Positions 1-10,878 are shown, numbered from the stretch's first letter. The stretch: 64,000 nt of DNA from Promethearchaeota archaeon (GCA_048938895.1 JBHLLU010000010.1:1-64000), one strand, 5' to 3'. The notes: a model not told the origin generated them from the sequence alone. Program-made: numbers and translations.

Positions 1-3000
1 TGATTTCAACCAAGCCATCTGGTTGGCTAGCCCACTCAGTGGAATTAATGTTACCTGTCTCCGATGTGATATAAATAGGTGAACCACCATTAAGCGTATA
101 CCAATACTGATACAAATTTGCTTCAGTAATAGTAATATCATAACTAGGTACCCCATCATACACCCCAACTACTGGAACTGTAATCGAGACAACAGGATCC
201 ACGGTGTCTTTGGTAACAGTCACACTATTAGAACCTATATGTCCTGCATCATCCTCAGCATAAAAGAAAATCTCCACTGTCCCCTCTGGTTGACTAGCCC
301 ACTCAGTGGAATTAATGGTACCTGTCTCTGATGTAATATAAATAGGCGAACCCCCATTAAGCGTATACCAATATTGAAACAAGTTTGCTTCAGTAATAGT
401 GATATCATAACTAGGTGCTCCATCATACACTCCAACTATGGGAGCTGTAATTGCGATCTCAGGGTCCACCGTATCTTTGATAACGGTCACACTATCAGAA
501 CCTATATGTCCCGCATCATCCTCAGCGTAAAATATGATTTCAACCAAGCCATCTGGTTGGCTAGCCCACTCGGTGGAATTGATGGTACCTGTCTCTGATG
601 TGATATAAATAGGTGAACCACCATTAAGTGTATACCAATATTGATACAAATTCGCTTCAGTAACAGTAATATCATAACTAGGTGCTGCATCATACACTCC
701 AACTATGGGAGCTGTAATCGAGACAATAGGATCCACCGTGTCTTTGGTAATAGTCACGCTATTAGAACCTATATGTCCTACATCATCCTCAGCATAAAAG
801 AAAATCTCCACTGTACCCTCTGGTTGGTTACCCCACTCGGTGGAATTAATGGTACCTGTCTCTGATGTGATATAAATAGGTGAACCACCATTAAGTGTAT
901 ACCAATACTGATACAAATTCGCTTCAGTAATAGTAATATCATAACTAGGTGCTGCATCATACACTCCCACTACGGGAGCTGTAATCGAGACAATAGGATC
1001 CACCGTGTCTTTGGTAACATTTACACTATTAGAACCTATATGTCCTGCATCATCCTCAGCATAAAAGAAAATCTCCACTGTCCCCTCTGGTTGGTTACCC
1101 CACTCGGTGGAATTAATGGTACCTGTCTCTGATGTGATATAAATAGGTGAACCACCATTAAGTGTATACCAATACTGATACAAATTTGCTTCAGTAATAG
1201 TAATATCATAACTAGGTGCCCCATCATATACTCCCACTACGGGAGCTGTAATTGCGATCACAGGGTCCACGGTATCTTTGGTAACGGTCACACTATTAGA
1301 ACCTATGTGTCCTGCATCGTCCTCAGCATAAAAGAAAATCTCCACTGTCCCCTCCGGTTGACTAGCCCACTCAGTGGAATTGATGGTGCCTGACTCCGAT
1401 GTAATGTAAATAGGCGAACCGCCATTGAGCGTATACCAATATTGATACAAATTCGCTTCAGTAACAGTAATATCATAACCAGGTGCCCCATCATACACTC
1501 CCACTACGGGAGCTGTAATTGCGATCACAGGGTCCACTGTATCTTTGGTAACAGATACACTATCAGAACCTATATGTCCTGCATCATCCTCAGCATAAAA
1601 GAAAATTTCTACTGTCCCCTCCGGTTGACTAGCCCACTCGGTGGAATTAATGGTACCTGTCTCTGATGTGATGTAAATAGGCGAACCACCATTAAGTGTA
1701 TACCAATACTGATACAAATTCGCTTCAGTAATAGTAATATCATAACTAGGTGCCCCATCATACACTCCCACTACGGGAGCTGTAATTGCGATCACAGGGT
1801 CCACTGTATCTTTGGTAACAGATACACTATCAGAACCTATGTGTCCTACATCATCCTCAGCATAAAAGAAAATCTCCACTGTCCCCTCTGGTTGGTTACC
1901 CCACTCAGTGGAATTAATGGTACCTGACTCCGATGTAATGTAAATAGGCGAACCACCATTAAGTGTATACCAATATTGATACAAATTTGCTTCAGTAATA
2001 GTAATATCATAACTAGGTGCCCCATCATACACTCCAACTATGGGAGCTGTAATTGCGATCACAGGATCCACGGTGTCTTTGGTAACAGATACACCATCAG
2101 AACCTATATGTCCTGCATCGTCCTCAGCATAAAAGAAAATTTCTACTGTCCCCTCCGGTTGACTAGCCCACTCGGTGGAATTAATAGTACCTGTCTCTGA
2201 TGTAATGTAAATAGGCGAACCGCCATTAAGTGTATACCAATACTGATACAAATTCGCTTCAGTAACAGTAATATCATAACTAGGTGTTCCATCATATACC
2301 CCCACTACGGGAGCTGTAATCGAGACGATTGGATCCACTGTATCTTTGGTAACGGTCACGCTATTAGAATCTATGTGTCCCGCATCGTCCTCAGCATAAA
2401 AAATGATTTCAACCAGCCCGTCTGGTTGGCTAGCCCACTCAGTGGAATTGATGGTACCTGTCTCTGATGTAATATAAATAGGCGAACCACCATTAAGTGT
2501 ATACCAATACTGATACAAATTCGCTTCAGTAACAGTAATATCATAACTAGGTGCTCCATCATATACCCCCACTACGGGAGCTGTAATTGCAATGACAGGG
2601 TCCACCGTATCTTTGGTAACAGTCACACTATTAGAACCTATGTGTCCCGCATCGTCTTCTGCATAAAAAATAATTTCAACCAAGCCATCTGGTTGATTAG
2701 CCCACTCAGTGGAATTGATGGTGCCTGTCTCTGATGTGATATAAATAGGCGAACCACCATTAAGTGTATACCAATATTGATACAAATTTGCTTCAGTAAC
2801 AGTAATATCATAACTAGGTGCCCCATCATACACTCCAACTATGGGAGCTGTAATTGCGATCACAGGATCCACGGTGTCTTTGGTAATTATTACATTATTG
2901 AAACCAATATTCCCAAGAGAATCATTTGCATAAAAAATTATCTCGACTGGTCCATTTGTTAAAGGTCCCCAAGCAGTGGAATTGATGGTACCTGACTCCG

Positions 3001-3140
3001 ATGTAATGTAAATAGGTGAACCGCCATTAAGTGTATACCAATATTGATACAAATTTGCTTCAGTAATGGAAATGTCATACGCAGGTGCTTCATCGTAAAC
3101 TCCGACTACGGGAGCAGTGATTGAGATCAGCGGGTCAATA
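1..3140. repeat. Intragenic tandem repeat, 267-bp unit, at least 12 copies
   Basis: Motif ccaata(c/t)tga(t/a)acaa recurs at about 101, 368, 635, 902, 1169, 1436, 1703, 1970, 2237, 2504, 2771 and 3038 (period 267 = 89 codons). Confidence 0.97.
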
Positions 3141-3622
3141 ATATCAATTCTAATTACACAATCTGTATAACCTGTTTCTCCTAGAGAGTTATTTACATAA
3201 AATCTAATAGTTACCGTTCCATTACTTAAGTTATCCCATAAATTTTGGTCAAATGTACCATTTACATCTTCATCTAAAAACCCCATCAATTCAATTGCAG
3301 TAGAATTTTCACCAGTCTCTAAGAATTCATACCAAGTATAATTACCCGGGCTTCCAGTTATGGTTATAGAATAGTTTGGAGCAATCTTTCCGTATAAAGT
3401 ATAATTCGTGGGAAAATTAACCGAAATTACCGGAGCCGTAGATGTTTTAATATGTTTATCTTCGCGTAATTTACTAGATTCACATAAGCCTAGGATGGAG
3501 TTGTAAATAATACCTGAGGCTGTGGTAGTATTAATTACTAATAAAAATACAAGTAGGATTTTCTTTAACCCTTTAAATTTAAAAATTGTATGTCTTCGAT
3601 AGGATCTAATTCTTTTTATCAT
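1..3622 (-). CDS. Large secreted/surface protein with tandem 89-aa Ig-like repeats; runs off the left edge; absent from the ORF track
   Basis: ATG at 3622 gives MIKRIRSYRRHTIFKFKGLKKILLVFLLVINTTTASG (basic + hydrophobic signal-like). The same frame reads repeated DTVDPVIAITAPVVGVYDGAPSYDITITEANLYQYWYTLNGGSPIYITSETGTINSTEW... and is still open at position 2 (EWASQPDGLVEI). Confidence 0.9.
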   Translation of the reverse strand, partial: MIKRIRSYRRHTIFKFKGLKKILLVFLLVINTTTASGIIYNSILGLCESSKLREDKHIKTSTAPVISVNFPTNYTLYGKIAPNYSITITGSPGNYTWYEFLETGENSTAIELMGFLDEDVNGTFDQNLWDNLSNGTVTIRFYVNNSLGETGYTDCVIRIDIIDPLISITAPVVGVYDEAPAYDISITEANLYQYWYTLNGGSPIYITSESGTINSTAWGPLTNGPVEIIFYANDSLGNIGFNNVIITKDTVDPVIAITAPIVGVYDGAPSYDITVTEANLYQYWYTLNGGSPIYITSETGTINSTEWANQPDGLVEIIFYAEDDAGHIGSNSVTVTKDTVDPVIAITAPVVGVYDGAPSYDITVTEANLYQYWYTLNGGSPIYITSETGTINSTEWASQPDGLVEIIFYAEDDAGHIDSNSVTVTKDTVDPIVSITAPVVGVYDGTPSYDITVTEANLYQYWYTLNGGSPIYITSETGTINSTEWASQPEGTVEIFFYAEDDAGHIGSDGVSVTKDTVDPVIAITAPIVGVYDGAPSYDITITEANLYQYWYTLNGGSPIYITSESGTINSTEWGNQPEGTVEIFFYAEDDVGHIGSDSVSVTKDTVDPVIAITAPVVGVYDGAPSYDITITEANLYQYWYTLNGGSPIYITSETGTINSTEWASQPEGTVEIFFYAEDDAGHIGSDSVSVTKDTVDPVIAITAPVVGVYDGAPGYDITVTEANLYQYWYTLNGGSPIYITSESGTINSTEWASQPEGTVEIFFYAEDDAGHIGSNSVTVTKDTVDPVIAITAPVVGVYDGAPSYDITITEANLYQYWYTLNGGSPIYITSETGTINSTEWGNQPEGTVEIFFYAEDDAGHIGSNSVNVTKDTVDPIVSITAPVVGVYDAAPSYDITITEANLYQYWYTLNGGSPIYITSETGTINSTEWGNQPEGTVEIFFYAEDDVGHIGSNSVTITKDTVDPIVSITAPIVGVYDAAPSYDITVTEANLYQYWYTLNGGSPIYITSETGTINSTEWASQPDGLVEIIFYAEDDAGHIGSDSVTVIKDTVDPEIAITAPIVGVYDGAPSYDITITEANLFQYWYTLNGGSPIYITSETGTINSTEWASQPEGTVEIFFYAEDDAGHIGSNSVTVTKDTVDPVVSITVPVVGVYDGVPSYDITITEANLYQYWYTLNGGSPIYITSETGNINSTEWASQPDGLVEI

Positions 3623-3840
3623 AATACAAACCAAATATCTAAAATATTTTCATATTGGATTCAATGGAAAAGGATTCCAATAACCATACATACACATTTT
3701 TCAATTACTATTAATGGTTTTTGGATTTATTAACGTACTATTAAATGTTTATTCCAAACTACATATATATTTTATCCAACGTCCCGCTTTTTCCCGTGAG
3801 AAAAAGGAAAATTAATGTGAAACAGGTTAATGAGAAAATT

Positions 3841-5118
3841 TTAAGAAATGCTATTTTTTTTCAGTTTCCTATTGATTTCCTGATATATTTTTTTCGGATC
3901 TCTATTTCCAAGTTTTTTTTTATTTTTTATTAAAAAATCTTTAAATGTAGCACTATTAAGGCGATTTAGATTTCTTGATTTTGCCCATTCAAAGCAATTA
4001 TTTATAAGTTCACCTTCATCACCTCCCATAAACTTTGGTAGATATAAGTCTGCGAGATGTTTTCCAAAATATATTGTTCTCAAATATAATCCTTTTGAAT
4101 CAAAATGCTTATACATTGCCGAAAGTCGACTTGGAGACACGGTATTAACGATGTTTTTACCAGCAGCTTGAATCTTTTTGTACAAGGGGTACCATTTTTC
4201 ATGCCCCATTGGTTCTCGACCATCTCCGGGAACCCATTGTATTCCAGTAAGTTCTGGAATTGATAATAGGTCATCTAAATGAGGGATCGCTAAAGGTCCA
4301 TCCAAATGATATATTGAATAATCCATATGAACTGCTTGAGCTTGGATGTCTGGTAACGCAAACCTTTTAAACCATTTAGGATTAAGCATTGCACTAAAAT
4401 CACATTGAATTGGATACCACCGTTTAGCACACCACACATTTAACCAAGAATTACATCCATCATTATATTTTTCAATTATATTTTGAAGATCATCATAAAC
4501 CTTCAAAGTTTTTTCTAAAATTATTGCTCGGCACGTATCTATAATATCAGGACGTCGCTTCATCGTTAAGATAATATTTTTTGGTCCTAAAAAAGATGAT
4601 AATATATCCAAAATTCCTCCTAAATCAGTCATAGATATTTGATATTTTCCTTTCGAACGTTTTGCAGCATATTCTGTAATGCGTAAAAGTCTAGAATACC
4701 ATTGATTGTCGGGGTTTAACCTAACACCTTCAAGTAATGCAATGATCTCATCTACTGGTGTTGGGCGGCTAAACCACATTGTTCGGGTTTGAAACTTTGG
4801 ATCAACACCAAAAACTGCTGCCATAATACCAGCGCCATAGTTTGGAAAATAAGAAGGTATAGCCTCTCCTCCAAAAAATAAATCAGATAATCTTTCTTCA
4901 AAACGATTAAGAACCTGTTCAATATTATCTGGATTTTTAGCTAGATCCCAGCCAAAACCAAAGATATCAATGAGACCTGCGATTGAAACACCCTCACGTG
5001 GGTGAAGATATGAAATTACAGGACGATCAATAATTTCATGATCCCACCAAGCATTCAATCTTTCTTTTGATTCACTAATATCTTCTTTATAAGCAGCCAT
5101 ACTAATTCTATCTTTCAT
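3841..5118 (-). CDS. Uroporphyrinogen decarboxylase / methylcobamide methyltransferase superfamily protein
   Basis: QCDFSAM, FKRFALP, YHLDGP, IQWVPG motifs typical of URO-D-like TIM barrels. Confidence 0.7.
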   Translation of the reverse strand: MKDRISMAAYKEDISESKERLNAWWDHEIIDRPVISYLHPREGVSIAGLIDIFGFGWDLAKNPDNIEQVLNRFEERLSDLFFGGEAIPSYFPNYGAGIMAAVFGVDPKFQTRTMWFSRPTPVDEIIALLEGVRLNPDNQWYSRLLRITEYAAKRSKGKYQISMTDLGGILDILSSFLGPKNIILTMKRRPDIIDTCRAIILEKTLKVYDDLQNIIEKYNDGCNSWLNVWCAKRWYPIQCDFSAMLNPKWFKRFALPDIQAQAVHMDYSIYHLDGPLAIPHLDDLLSIPELTGIQWVPGDGREPMGHEKWYPLYKKIQAAGKNIVNTVSPSRLSAMYKHFDSKGLYLRTIYFGKHLADLYLPKFMGGDEGELINNCFEWAKSRNLNRLNSATFKDFLIKNKKKLGNRDPKKIYQEINRKLKKNSIS

Positions 5119-5197
5119 ATCAAGTTGAAGTTAATTTATATTATAATCCTTATAATAAAATAATCTTTTTTAATTCAGAATCTTAAGATTAATTGTT

Positions 5198-6763
5198 ATG
5201 AATCAAATTAACTCTGAAAAAATATCTGCTGAAGATGCTGCAATTGCAGATAATAATGCGCAGTGGTTAGGTATTCCTTTAATCCATTTAATGGAATGTG
5301 CGGGATATTGCATTGCAGATGAAATTATGAGAAGGTTCAAACTCAAAGAAAATTCTACTGTCGCTATCTTTTGTGGAACTGGAAATAATGGGGGAGATGG
5401 TTTTGTAGTAGCTCGACAATTAGCAGCATTTAAGATTAAATCTATTGTAATTTTAGTTGGATCTCCTGAAAAAATAAGAACAGACGCGTCTCAACTTAAC
5501 TGGGACATCATTAGAAACAAGATAAATTATATGGTACAATCAACCGTCATTTCTGATTCTACAGATTTTGGTAAAATCAAGCTATTGAATAAAAATAGGA
5601 AAGATATAGGCTTGATTGTTGATGCCTTACTAGGAACTGGAGTAATTGGAAATATTAGAGAACCTATATCATCTGCTATTGATATAATCAATAATTTAAG
5701 AGAGTTAAATAACATCAAAATCGTATCAGTTGATTTACCTTCTGGGATGAATCCGAATACTGGAAAAGTATCACATAAAGCTGTGAAAGCAGATCTGGTT
5801 GTAGCACTTCATCGCCTTAAAAAAGGTTTGAATATAGATAATGAGTACATTAATGATTTGGTGGTAAGATCGATCGGTATCCCTTTTGAGGCTAATTTAT
5901 ATGTAGGAAAAGGTGATTTAATTCCAAGCTTAAAAGTTAGAAAAGTTGATAATCATAAGGGGAATTTTGGTAGAATGTTAGTTATCGGGGGTTCCAAGAA
6001 TTATTCTGGTGCTCCAGCATATACTTCATTAACAGGGATAAAATTTGGGATTGATTTGGTTATAACTTATGTACCAGAGGTTGTAGGTGATGTTGTTAGG
6101 AACTACTCCCCTAATATGATTGTTCGGACAAGTCCAGGTAAATGGTTAAACAGTAAATCGTTCGAGGAAATCGCAGAATTAATCGAGTGGTCAAACGCGG
6201 TTGTTATTGGCCCTGGATTAGGAGTGCAAAAAGAAACAGAAGCGTTGCTACTCCAATTACTAGAAAAACTCAATACTGAAAAAAAATCATATGTGCTAGA
6301 TGCTGATGCCTTAAAATTGGTTAAAGATCATATTGATTCATTGCAAGGTCAGAACGTAATTTTAACACCTCATGAGGGTGAATTGAAAATTATGTTCGGA
6401 ATAAAATTACCATTTTATGACCAAATTGAAGAAAGAAGTAGGGTTATAATGGATCTGGCAAAGAAACATGATATAACATTGCTCGTAAAAGGACCCTATG
6501 ATTATATTAGCAACGGAAATGAATTAAAGATTAATCGCACAGGTTGCCCTGAAATGTCTATTGGGGGAACAGGAGATGTATTAGCAGGATTATGTGCTGC
6601 GTTTTTAGCCACAGAGAACAATCCATTTCAATCAGCGTGTTCTAGTGCTTTCCTCAATGGTTTTATCGGTGAGTATTGCAAGAAAAATATTGGAACACGT
6701 TTTACAGCAGTAGATATGATGAATAACGTAAATAATGCCCTTAGGGAATTAATGAAGTTTTAA
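5198..6763 (+). CDS. nnr: Bifunctional NAD(P)HX epimerase/dehydratase
   Basis: LMECAG, GTGNNGGDG, VDALLGTG, DLPSG (YjeF-N); HKG.FG, GPGLG, DADAL, TPHEGE, GGTGDVLAG (YjeF-C). Confidence 0.95.
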   Translation: MNQINSEKISAEDAAIADNNAQWLGIPLIHLMECAGYCIADEIMRRFKLKENSTVAIFCGTGNNGGDGFVVARQLAAFKIKSIVILVGSPEKIRTDASQLNWDIIRNKINYMVQSTVISDSTDFGKIKLLNKNRKDIGLIVDALLGTGVIGNIREPISSAIDIINNLRELNNIKIVSVDLPSGMNPNTGKVSHKAVKADLVVALHRLKKGLNIDNEYINDLVVRSIGIPFEANLYVGKGDLIPSLKVRKVDNHKGNFGRMLVIGGSKNYSGAPAYTSLTGIKFGIDLVITYVPEVVGDVVRNYSPNMIVRTSPGKWLNSKSFEEIAELIEWSNAVVIGPGLGVQKETEALLLQLLEKLNTEKKSYVLDADALKLVKDHIDSLQGQNVILTPHEGELKIMFGIKLPFYDQIEERSRVIMDLAKKHDITLLVKGPYDYISNGNELKINRTGCPEMSIGGTGDVLAGLCAAFLATENNPFQSACSSAFLNGFIGEYCKKNIGTRFTAVDMMNNVNNALRELMKF

Positions 6764-6981
6764 TATCACAAAAAATGAGCAAAATTTGATAACAAATTAA
6801 GAGACGTCAGAACGTGTTTTTATTTTTTGATAAAAATTTATTAATTTCTAATTTATTATATTATTAAACTAGTTATTATGATAACTAAGTTGAGGTTAAA
6901 GAATTAATATTTTGGGTAACAATAAAATATTTTAACCATTTCTGAAACCGAAACCTAGTCCCCATAACTAAAAAGAGGAGA

Positions 6982-7821
6982 TTGATTAAAATAACGCAAT
7001 TGTTTCTTATTAATCCAGATGGAACTACAACTGAAATAACATCAGAAGGTTCAATTAAAGATGTGTTAAAAACCGATGAATGTTATGTTCTCGTTGCTGA
7101 CGATAAAAGAAAAGTCTATCTCTGGAAGGGTGTTAAAAGCAGTGTAAGATCTAAATTTATTGGAGCAAAAAGATCTCAGGAAATTCGTGGTCAAGTTGGA
7201 ATGCATTATAGCGTAATACCCCTTGATGAAGGTGATGAAGATCCTGAGTTTTTACAATTAATAGGAGGAAGAACAGAAGGTGGTGTAGCAAAAGAAATAA
7301 AAGGGGAAAAAGTTGCTCCACCAAACGTACACCCATTAAGAGAAAAAAATATATTTGGTGCCCCAGAACCAGCTGAAGGAATGAATATTGCTGGTAGCAA
7401 GAGTCGAGAAGCCCTAAATACAGGTCCTCTATATAGAGGAGATGGATCGATGCCTTCATTTACACAAGAGGAGACTCAAGTTGATTTTCAAGAAATTATG
7501 GGAAAATTAGAAGAAATCCAAATACCTGCGGGATTTGAACGAGAATTGATCATCATTGGGAATCAAGCATATTCAGTGGTTGAAAGAGTTCAACAATTCT
7601 TAGGAGAAAAACAAGTCACCAAGGAGATTTCAAAGGTGGGTGCGATACCCGAGGGAATCTTCTTTGCTGAGGATTATGCTCCTCGTATACTCTCTGAAGG
7701 AGGAAGAATACTAGCCATTGAACTTTTAAAGCATTCTAGTAAAGGTTCAGCTCCTGTAGTTGGCAAATCTAAACGAGAACTGCTAAAAGAACAAATTAAA
7801 GAGCAACTTGGAGGAAATTAA
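6982..7821 (+). CDS. Gelsolin-domain protein with uncharacterised C-terminal region
   Basis: LKTDECYVL...KVYLWKGVKSS.RSK...DEGDEDPEFLQLIG matches the gelsolin repeat pattern; GAGGAG upstream of TTG start. Confidence 0.8.
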   Translation: MIKITQLFLINPDGTTTEITSEGSIKDVLKTDECYVLVADDKRKVYLWKGVKSSVRSKFIGAKRSQEIRGQVGMHYSVIPLDEGDEDPEFLQLIGGRTEGGVAKEIKGEKVAPPNVHPLREKNIFGAPEPAEGMNIAGSKSREALNTGPLYRGDGSMPSFTQEETQVDFQEIMGKLEEIQIPAGFERELIIIGNQAYSVVERVQQFLGEKQVTKEISKVGAIPEGIFFAEDYAPRILSEGGRILAIELLKHSSKGSAPVVGKSKRELLKEQIKEQLGGN

Positions 7822-7952
7822 TTCAATTTTTTCATATCTCTTTCCACTATTTTATTTAAAAATATAATAAATTCCAAAATTTCTTAAAATATAATTTTTT
7901 AAGTCTAAATTTTTTACATATACTTAATTGAATTAAAATTTTTAATTTCATT

Positions 7953-8336
7953 ATGGCAGAATTAACCCCAGAAGAAGCACAATCACTCTCTACCTTCCTT
8001 AGTTCAATTACAGAATATAGCGAGCTAGAGGCACTAGGCTTAATCACGCGTGAAGGCCTCCGACTTGCGTTCAGTGCAGTTCCTGGCTATGCAATTGACC
8101 CAGACTTGTTCTCAAGTTTAAGTGCCGTAGTTGTACAGTCTGGAGATGATGCAATAAATTCTCTTGGATATAAAAATATGCTTGAAGTTATTTTGCGTGG
8201 TGATAATGGTTTTATTATTCTCAGCGCTGCGGGAAGATTTTTCCTAATGGGCGCATCTAGGCAAATGCCTGAGCTAGGAAAGATTGTAAAAGTGTTTAGG
8301 TATTATGCTGGGGAGATAGCTAAGAGATATCCATAA
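7953..8336 (+). CDS. Roadblock/LC7 domain protein
   Basis: 127 aa; LITREGL, IDPDLFSSLSA, EVILRGDNGFIIL, ELG pattern. Confidence 0.8.
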   Translation: MAELTPEEAQSLSTFLSSITEYSELEALGLITREGLRLAFSAVPGYAIDPDLFSSLSAVVVQSGDDAINSLGYKNMLEVILRGDNGFIILSAAGRFFLMGASRQMPELGKIVKVFRYYAGEIAKRYP

Positions 8337-8561
8337 ATTTATTGTTTTAATGAAATAATAGTTTTTCTAACTCAGCTACTTTTTTTTGCACATATATATA
8401 ACATAAATATATTTATATGGATAGTTTTATCATTTCTTGATAAATATCTTATACTGATATTAGTTTATTATTTTATAACGAACATAAATAATATTTGATA
8501 GAAATTTTAATCTAAATCAATTATATTATATCATTAAATTGAGTAAAATAAATGAAAAAAT

Positions 8562-10727
8562 ATGGCAGAACTTAAGCTTTTTGTAGATGGAAATAGCGAT
8601 ATCTCAGATAAAGTAATAATTTGTCAATCTAATGCCGATAAATTAGGAGTAAAAAATGGAGATGCAGTAGAAGTCATTAATTTAGATAATAATCTGAAAA
8701 AAGTGGCAGTTGTAGAAATTTCAAATGACATGTTAGATTTTGCAGGGCAATTTGCTAAAAATCTTCTTGAAGAACTTCAGTTTGCAGGAGTGGAACTAAC
8801 AGTCCGTCCTTCTAGTGCTGCAGTTAAACTTGAACCTAAAGTAAAGGTTCCTAAAGTTCCCGTACAACAACCTGCTTCTAAAACTAATAATCAATCGGTA
8901 TTTAAGCAATTAGATGCACTTTCTCCTTTACCAACACCGCCTCCTTCTCCTCAATCATCTACACCTCAACCTACCTCAATACCTCAACCGACTCCTGTTC
9001 CCCGACCAACTACAATTCCCCAACCCACTTCACAACCTACAGCAATACCTCAGCCAACCCCAGCACCCCAACCTTCATTATCACCATTACCATCAGCCCC
9101 ACCTCAACCAACTCCAACAGCATTTCCTCCATCTCCTTCTGCACAACCATCACTTGATTCAGTTGCTCCTGCTGAACCTTATCCGAATAAAACAGATGTA
9201 AATATGTTAGCAAGTCAAAAACGTGGAATAGTACTTAAACCTATAATAGATAACAACATTGGAGGGGGAAGAATTCAATTAAATCCTAGTAATCTGCAGC
9301 AGCTAGGATTAATACAAGGAATGCTAATAGGATGGGAAGATCCACTAACGAGATCTATGGGTTCCGCGCGAGTTGATGAGGTGAATATCTCAATATCAGA
9401 AATCAAAATGAGTTTTGATACATATGAAGATACTAATATTAAATCTGAACAAATAGTTGTTTACTCGACAGAACCTCCTATCGAAAAGGCTTCTGAATTG
9501 ATGCTCGAAGTTGAATCCCAACCTAATTTAATGGGATATGCGTTAGTGAGCCCTAGAACTCAGTATGCCCTTTCTATCCAACATAACGATATCCTTGCTT
9601 TTGAGGATGAGCTTACTGGAGCGATGGGTGCTGGAAAAGTTGATATTTTAGAGACAGCTCCGGATAATGTAATAATCATAGATAGTGAAATTTTAGAAGC
9701 ATCTGGAATCGGTAGTTTTGAAGTAAAAGTATCTAAAAATCAAAGAACTATAATTCCTTTACAGAGCATCTCATTAGGTATCTCTCCTATCTCAGGAGAG
9801 AATATGTGGGAGATAATTTCGACTGCGCGTGAAAATGTGGCATCTATGAAAGGTTGGATTTCGAATTATGTCATCTTTAAGGGGATAAAGCTCAGATGGA
9901 GTGCTGTAAATATTGCTTGTTCTGTTTTAGAGACGGTTCCTGATCTTACAGGCGATATTTTCGCACAGGTTACTGAAAATACAACGTTATCCCTGAGTCC
10001 TGTAGGATTAGTTCCTTTCAATGCTATTTTGATTATAGATATTAGCCGAAGTATGATGGCACGTGATGTTTTAGTAACAAACATTGCTCCTGCAATTGAA
10101 GGGATAAAAGCAGCAATGGAGTCTCGAGAAATCCAAGAATTTTTAAAACATTTTAAAGATGGAATAAACATCCCGCGTAGAATATCAGCCGCATTTGCAG
10201 CAGTTTTATTTTTAAGTGAAAAAGTTGGTAGAGGATTTGGTGAGAAAGTTTCAGTAATTCGCTTCGCAGACGAGGCACAGGTACTACCCTTTGGTAATAG
10301 TTATTATATGGACTCTGCCAGCGGTAAAAAGGGTGTCCTTGAGGATGCAGCACGTATGATAGTAGATCGCATAGGAAATTCGTATGGACAAGCTACGAAT
10401 ATGGGAGCTGCAATGCTACAAGCAAATCAAGTATTAGCTAATTTTCAGCAAATGAATCCAGACCAACCAACAATGATAGTACTATTAACCGATGGTGTGG
10501 CTACGGATGGTGACCTTTTCTTCAATGAGGTAAAGAAACTTTCGGATAATAGTAATGTTGTTACGTATATCGTTGGTTTAGGAAACCCAGACCGAGAATT
10601 GATGACTCGTGCGGCATCTTTATGTGGTGGTGAATATTTTGAACCTGAAGATGCAGGAGAATTATTAATATGGTATTCTAAACGAGCACGAGATCTCACT
10701 GTAAAACTAAAATCTCATAAAGAATAA
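8562..10727 (+). CDS. Cdc48-N-like (double-psi barrel) domains, Pro-rich linker and C-terminal vWA domain
   Basis: ADKLGVKNGDAVEV-type motifs three times; PQPT repeats; MIDAS DISRS, TNM, LLTDG, VGLG. Confidence 0.75.
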   Translation: MAELKLFVDGNSDISDKVIICQSNADKLGVKNGDAVEVINLDNNLKKVAVVEISNDMLDFAGQFAKNLLEELQFAGVELTVRPSSAAVKLEPKVKVPKVPVQQPASKTNNQSVFKQLDALSPLPTPPPSPQSSTPQPTSIPQPTPVPRPTTIPQPTSQPTAIPQPTPAPQPSLSPLPSAPPQPTPTAFPPSPSAQPSLDSVAPAEPYPNKTDVNMLASQKRGIVLKPIIDNNIGGGRIQLNPSNLQQLGLIQGMLIGWEDPLTRSMGSARVDEVNISISEIKMSFDTYEDTNIKSEQIVVYSTEPPIEKASELMLEVESQPNLMGYALVSPRTQYALSIQHNDILAFEDELTGAMGAGKVDILETAPDNVIIIDSEILEASGIGSFEVKVSKNQRTIIPLQSISLGISPISGENMWEIISTARENVASMKGWISNYVIFKGIKLRWSAVNIACSVLETVPDLTGDIFAQVTENTTLSLSPVGLVPFNAILIIDISRSMMARDVLVTNIAPAIEGIKAAMESREIQEFLKHFKDGINIPRRISAAFAAVLFLSEKVGRGFGEKVSVIRFADEAQVLPFGNSYYMDSASGKKGVLEDAARMIVDRIGNSYGQATNMGAAMLQANQVLANFQQMNPDQPTMIVLLTDGVATDGDLFFNEVKKLSDNSNVVTYIVGLGNPDRELMTRAASLCGGEYFEPEDAGELLIWYSKRARDLTVKLKSHKE

Positions 10728-10878
10728 AATTTTTAACCTTCTATTTATCTTATTTCTATTTCAAGCTATCATTATAAAACAGTTTCATTAATATTATTAA
10801 TAATAATTTCGTTAATATTTATAAGAAAAGGATTTCCATAATGCAATTATTATAAGAAAAAGTGATATATATAGAACT

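Noticed and set aside
235-2962. Series of 60-74 aa ORFs on both strands
   Set aside because: Alternative-frame shadows recurring with the 267-bp period of the long minus-strand gene
1-3140. Possible CRISPR array or DGR template/variable repeats
   Set aside because: Units are contiguous in-frame coding repeats with no unique spacers; differences are not adenine-specific and no reverse transcriptase or cas gene is present
6870-6887. Inverted repeat TAGTTAT-N4-ATAACTA upstream of the gelsolin gene
   Set aside because: Short AT-rich palindrome, expected by chance, no second copy seen
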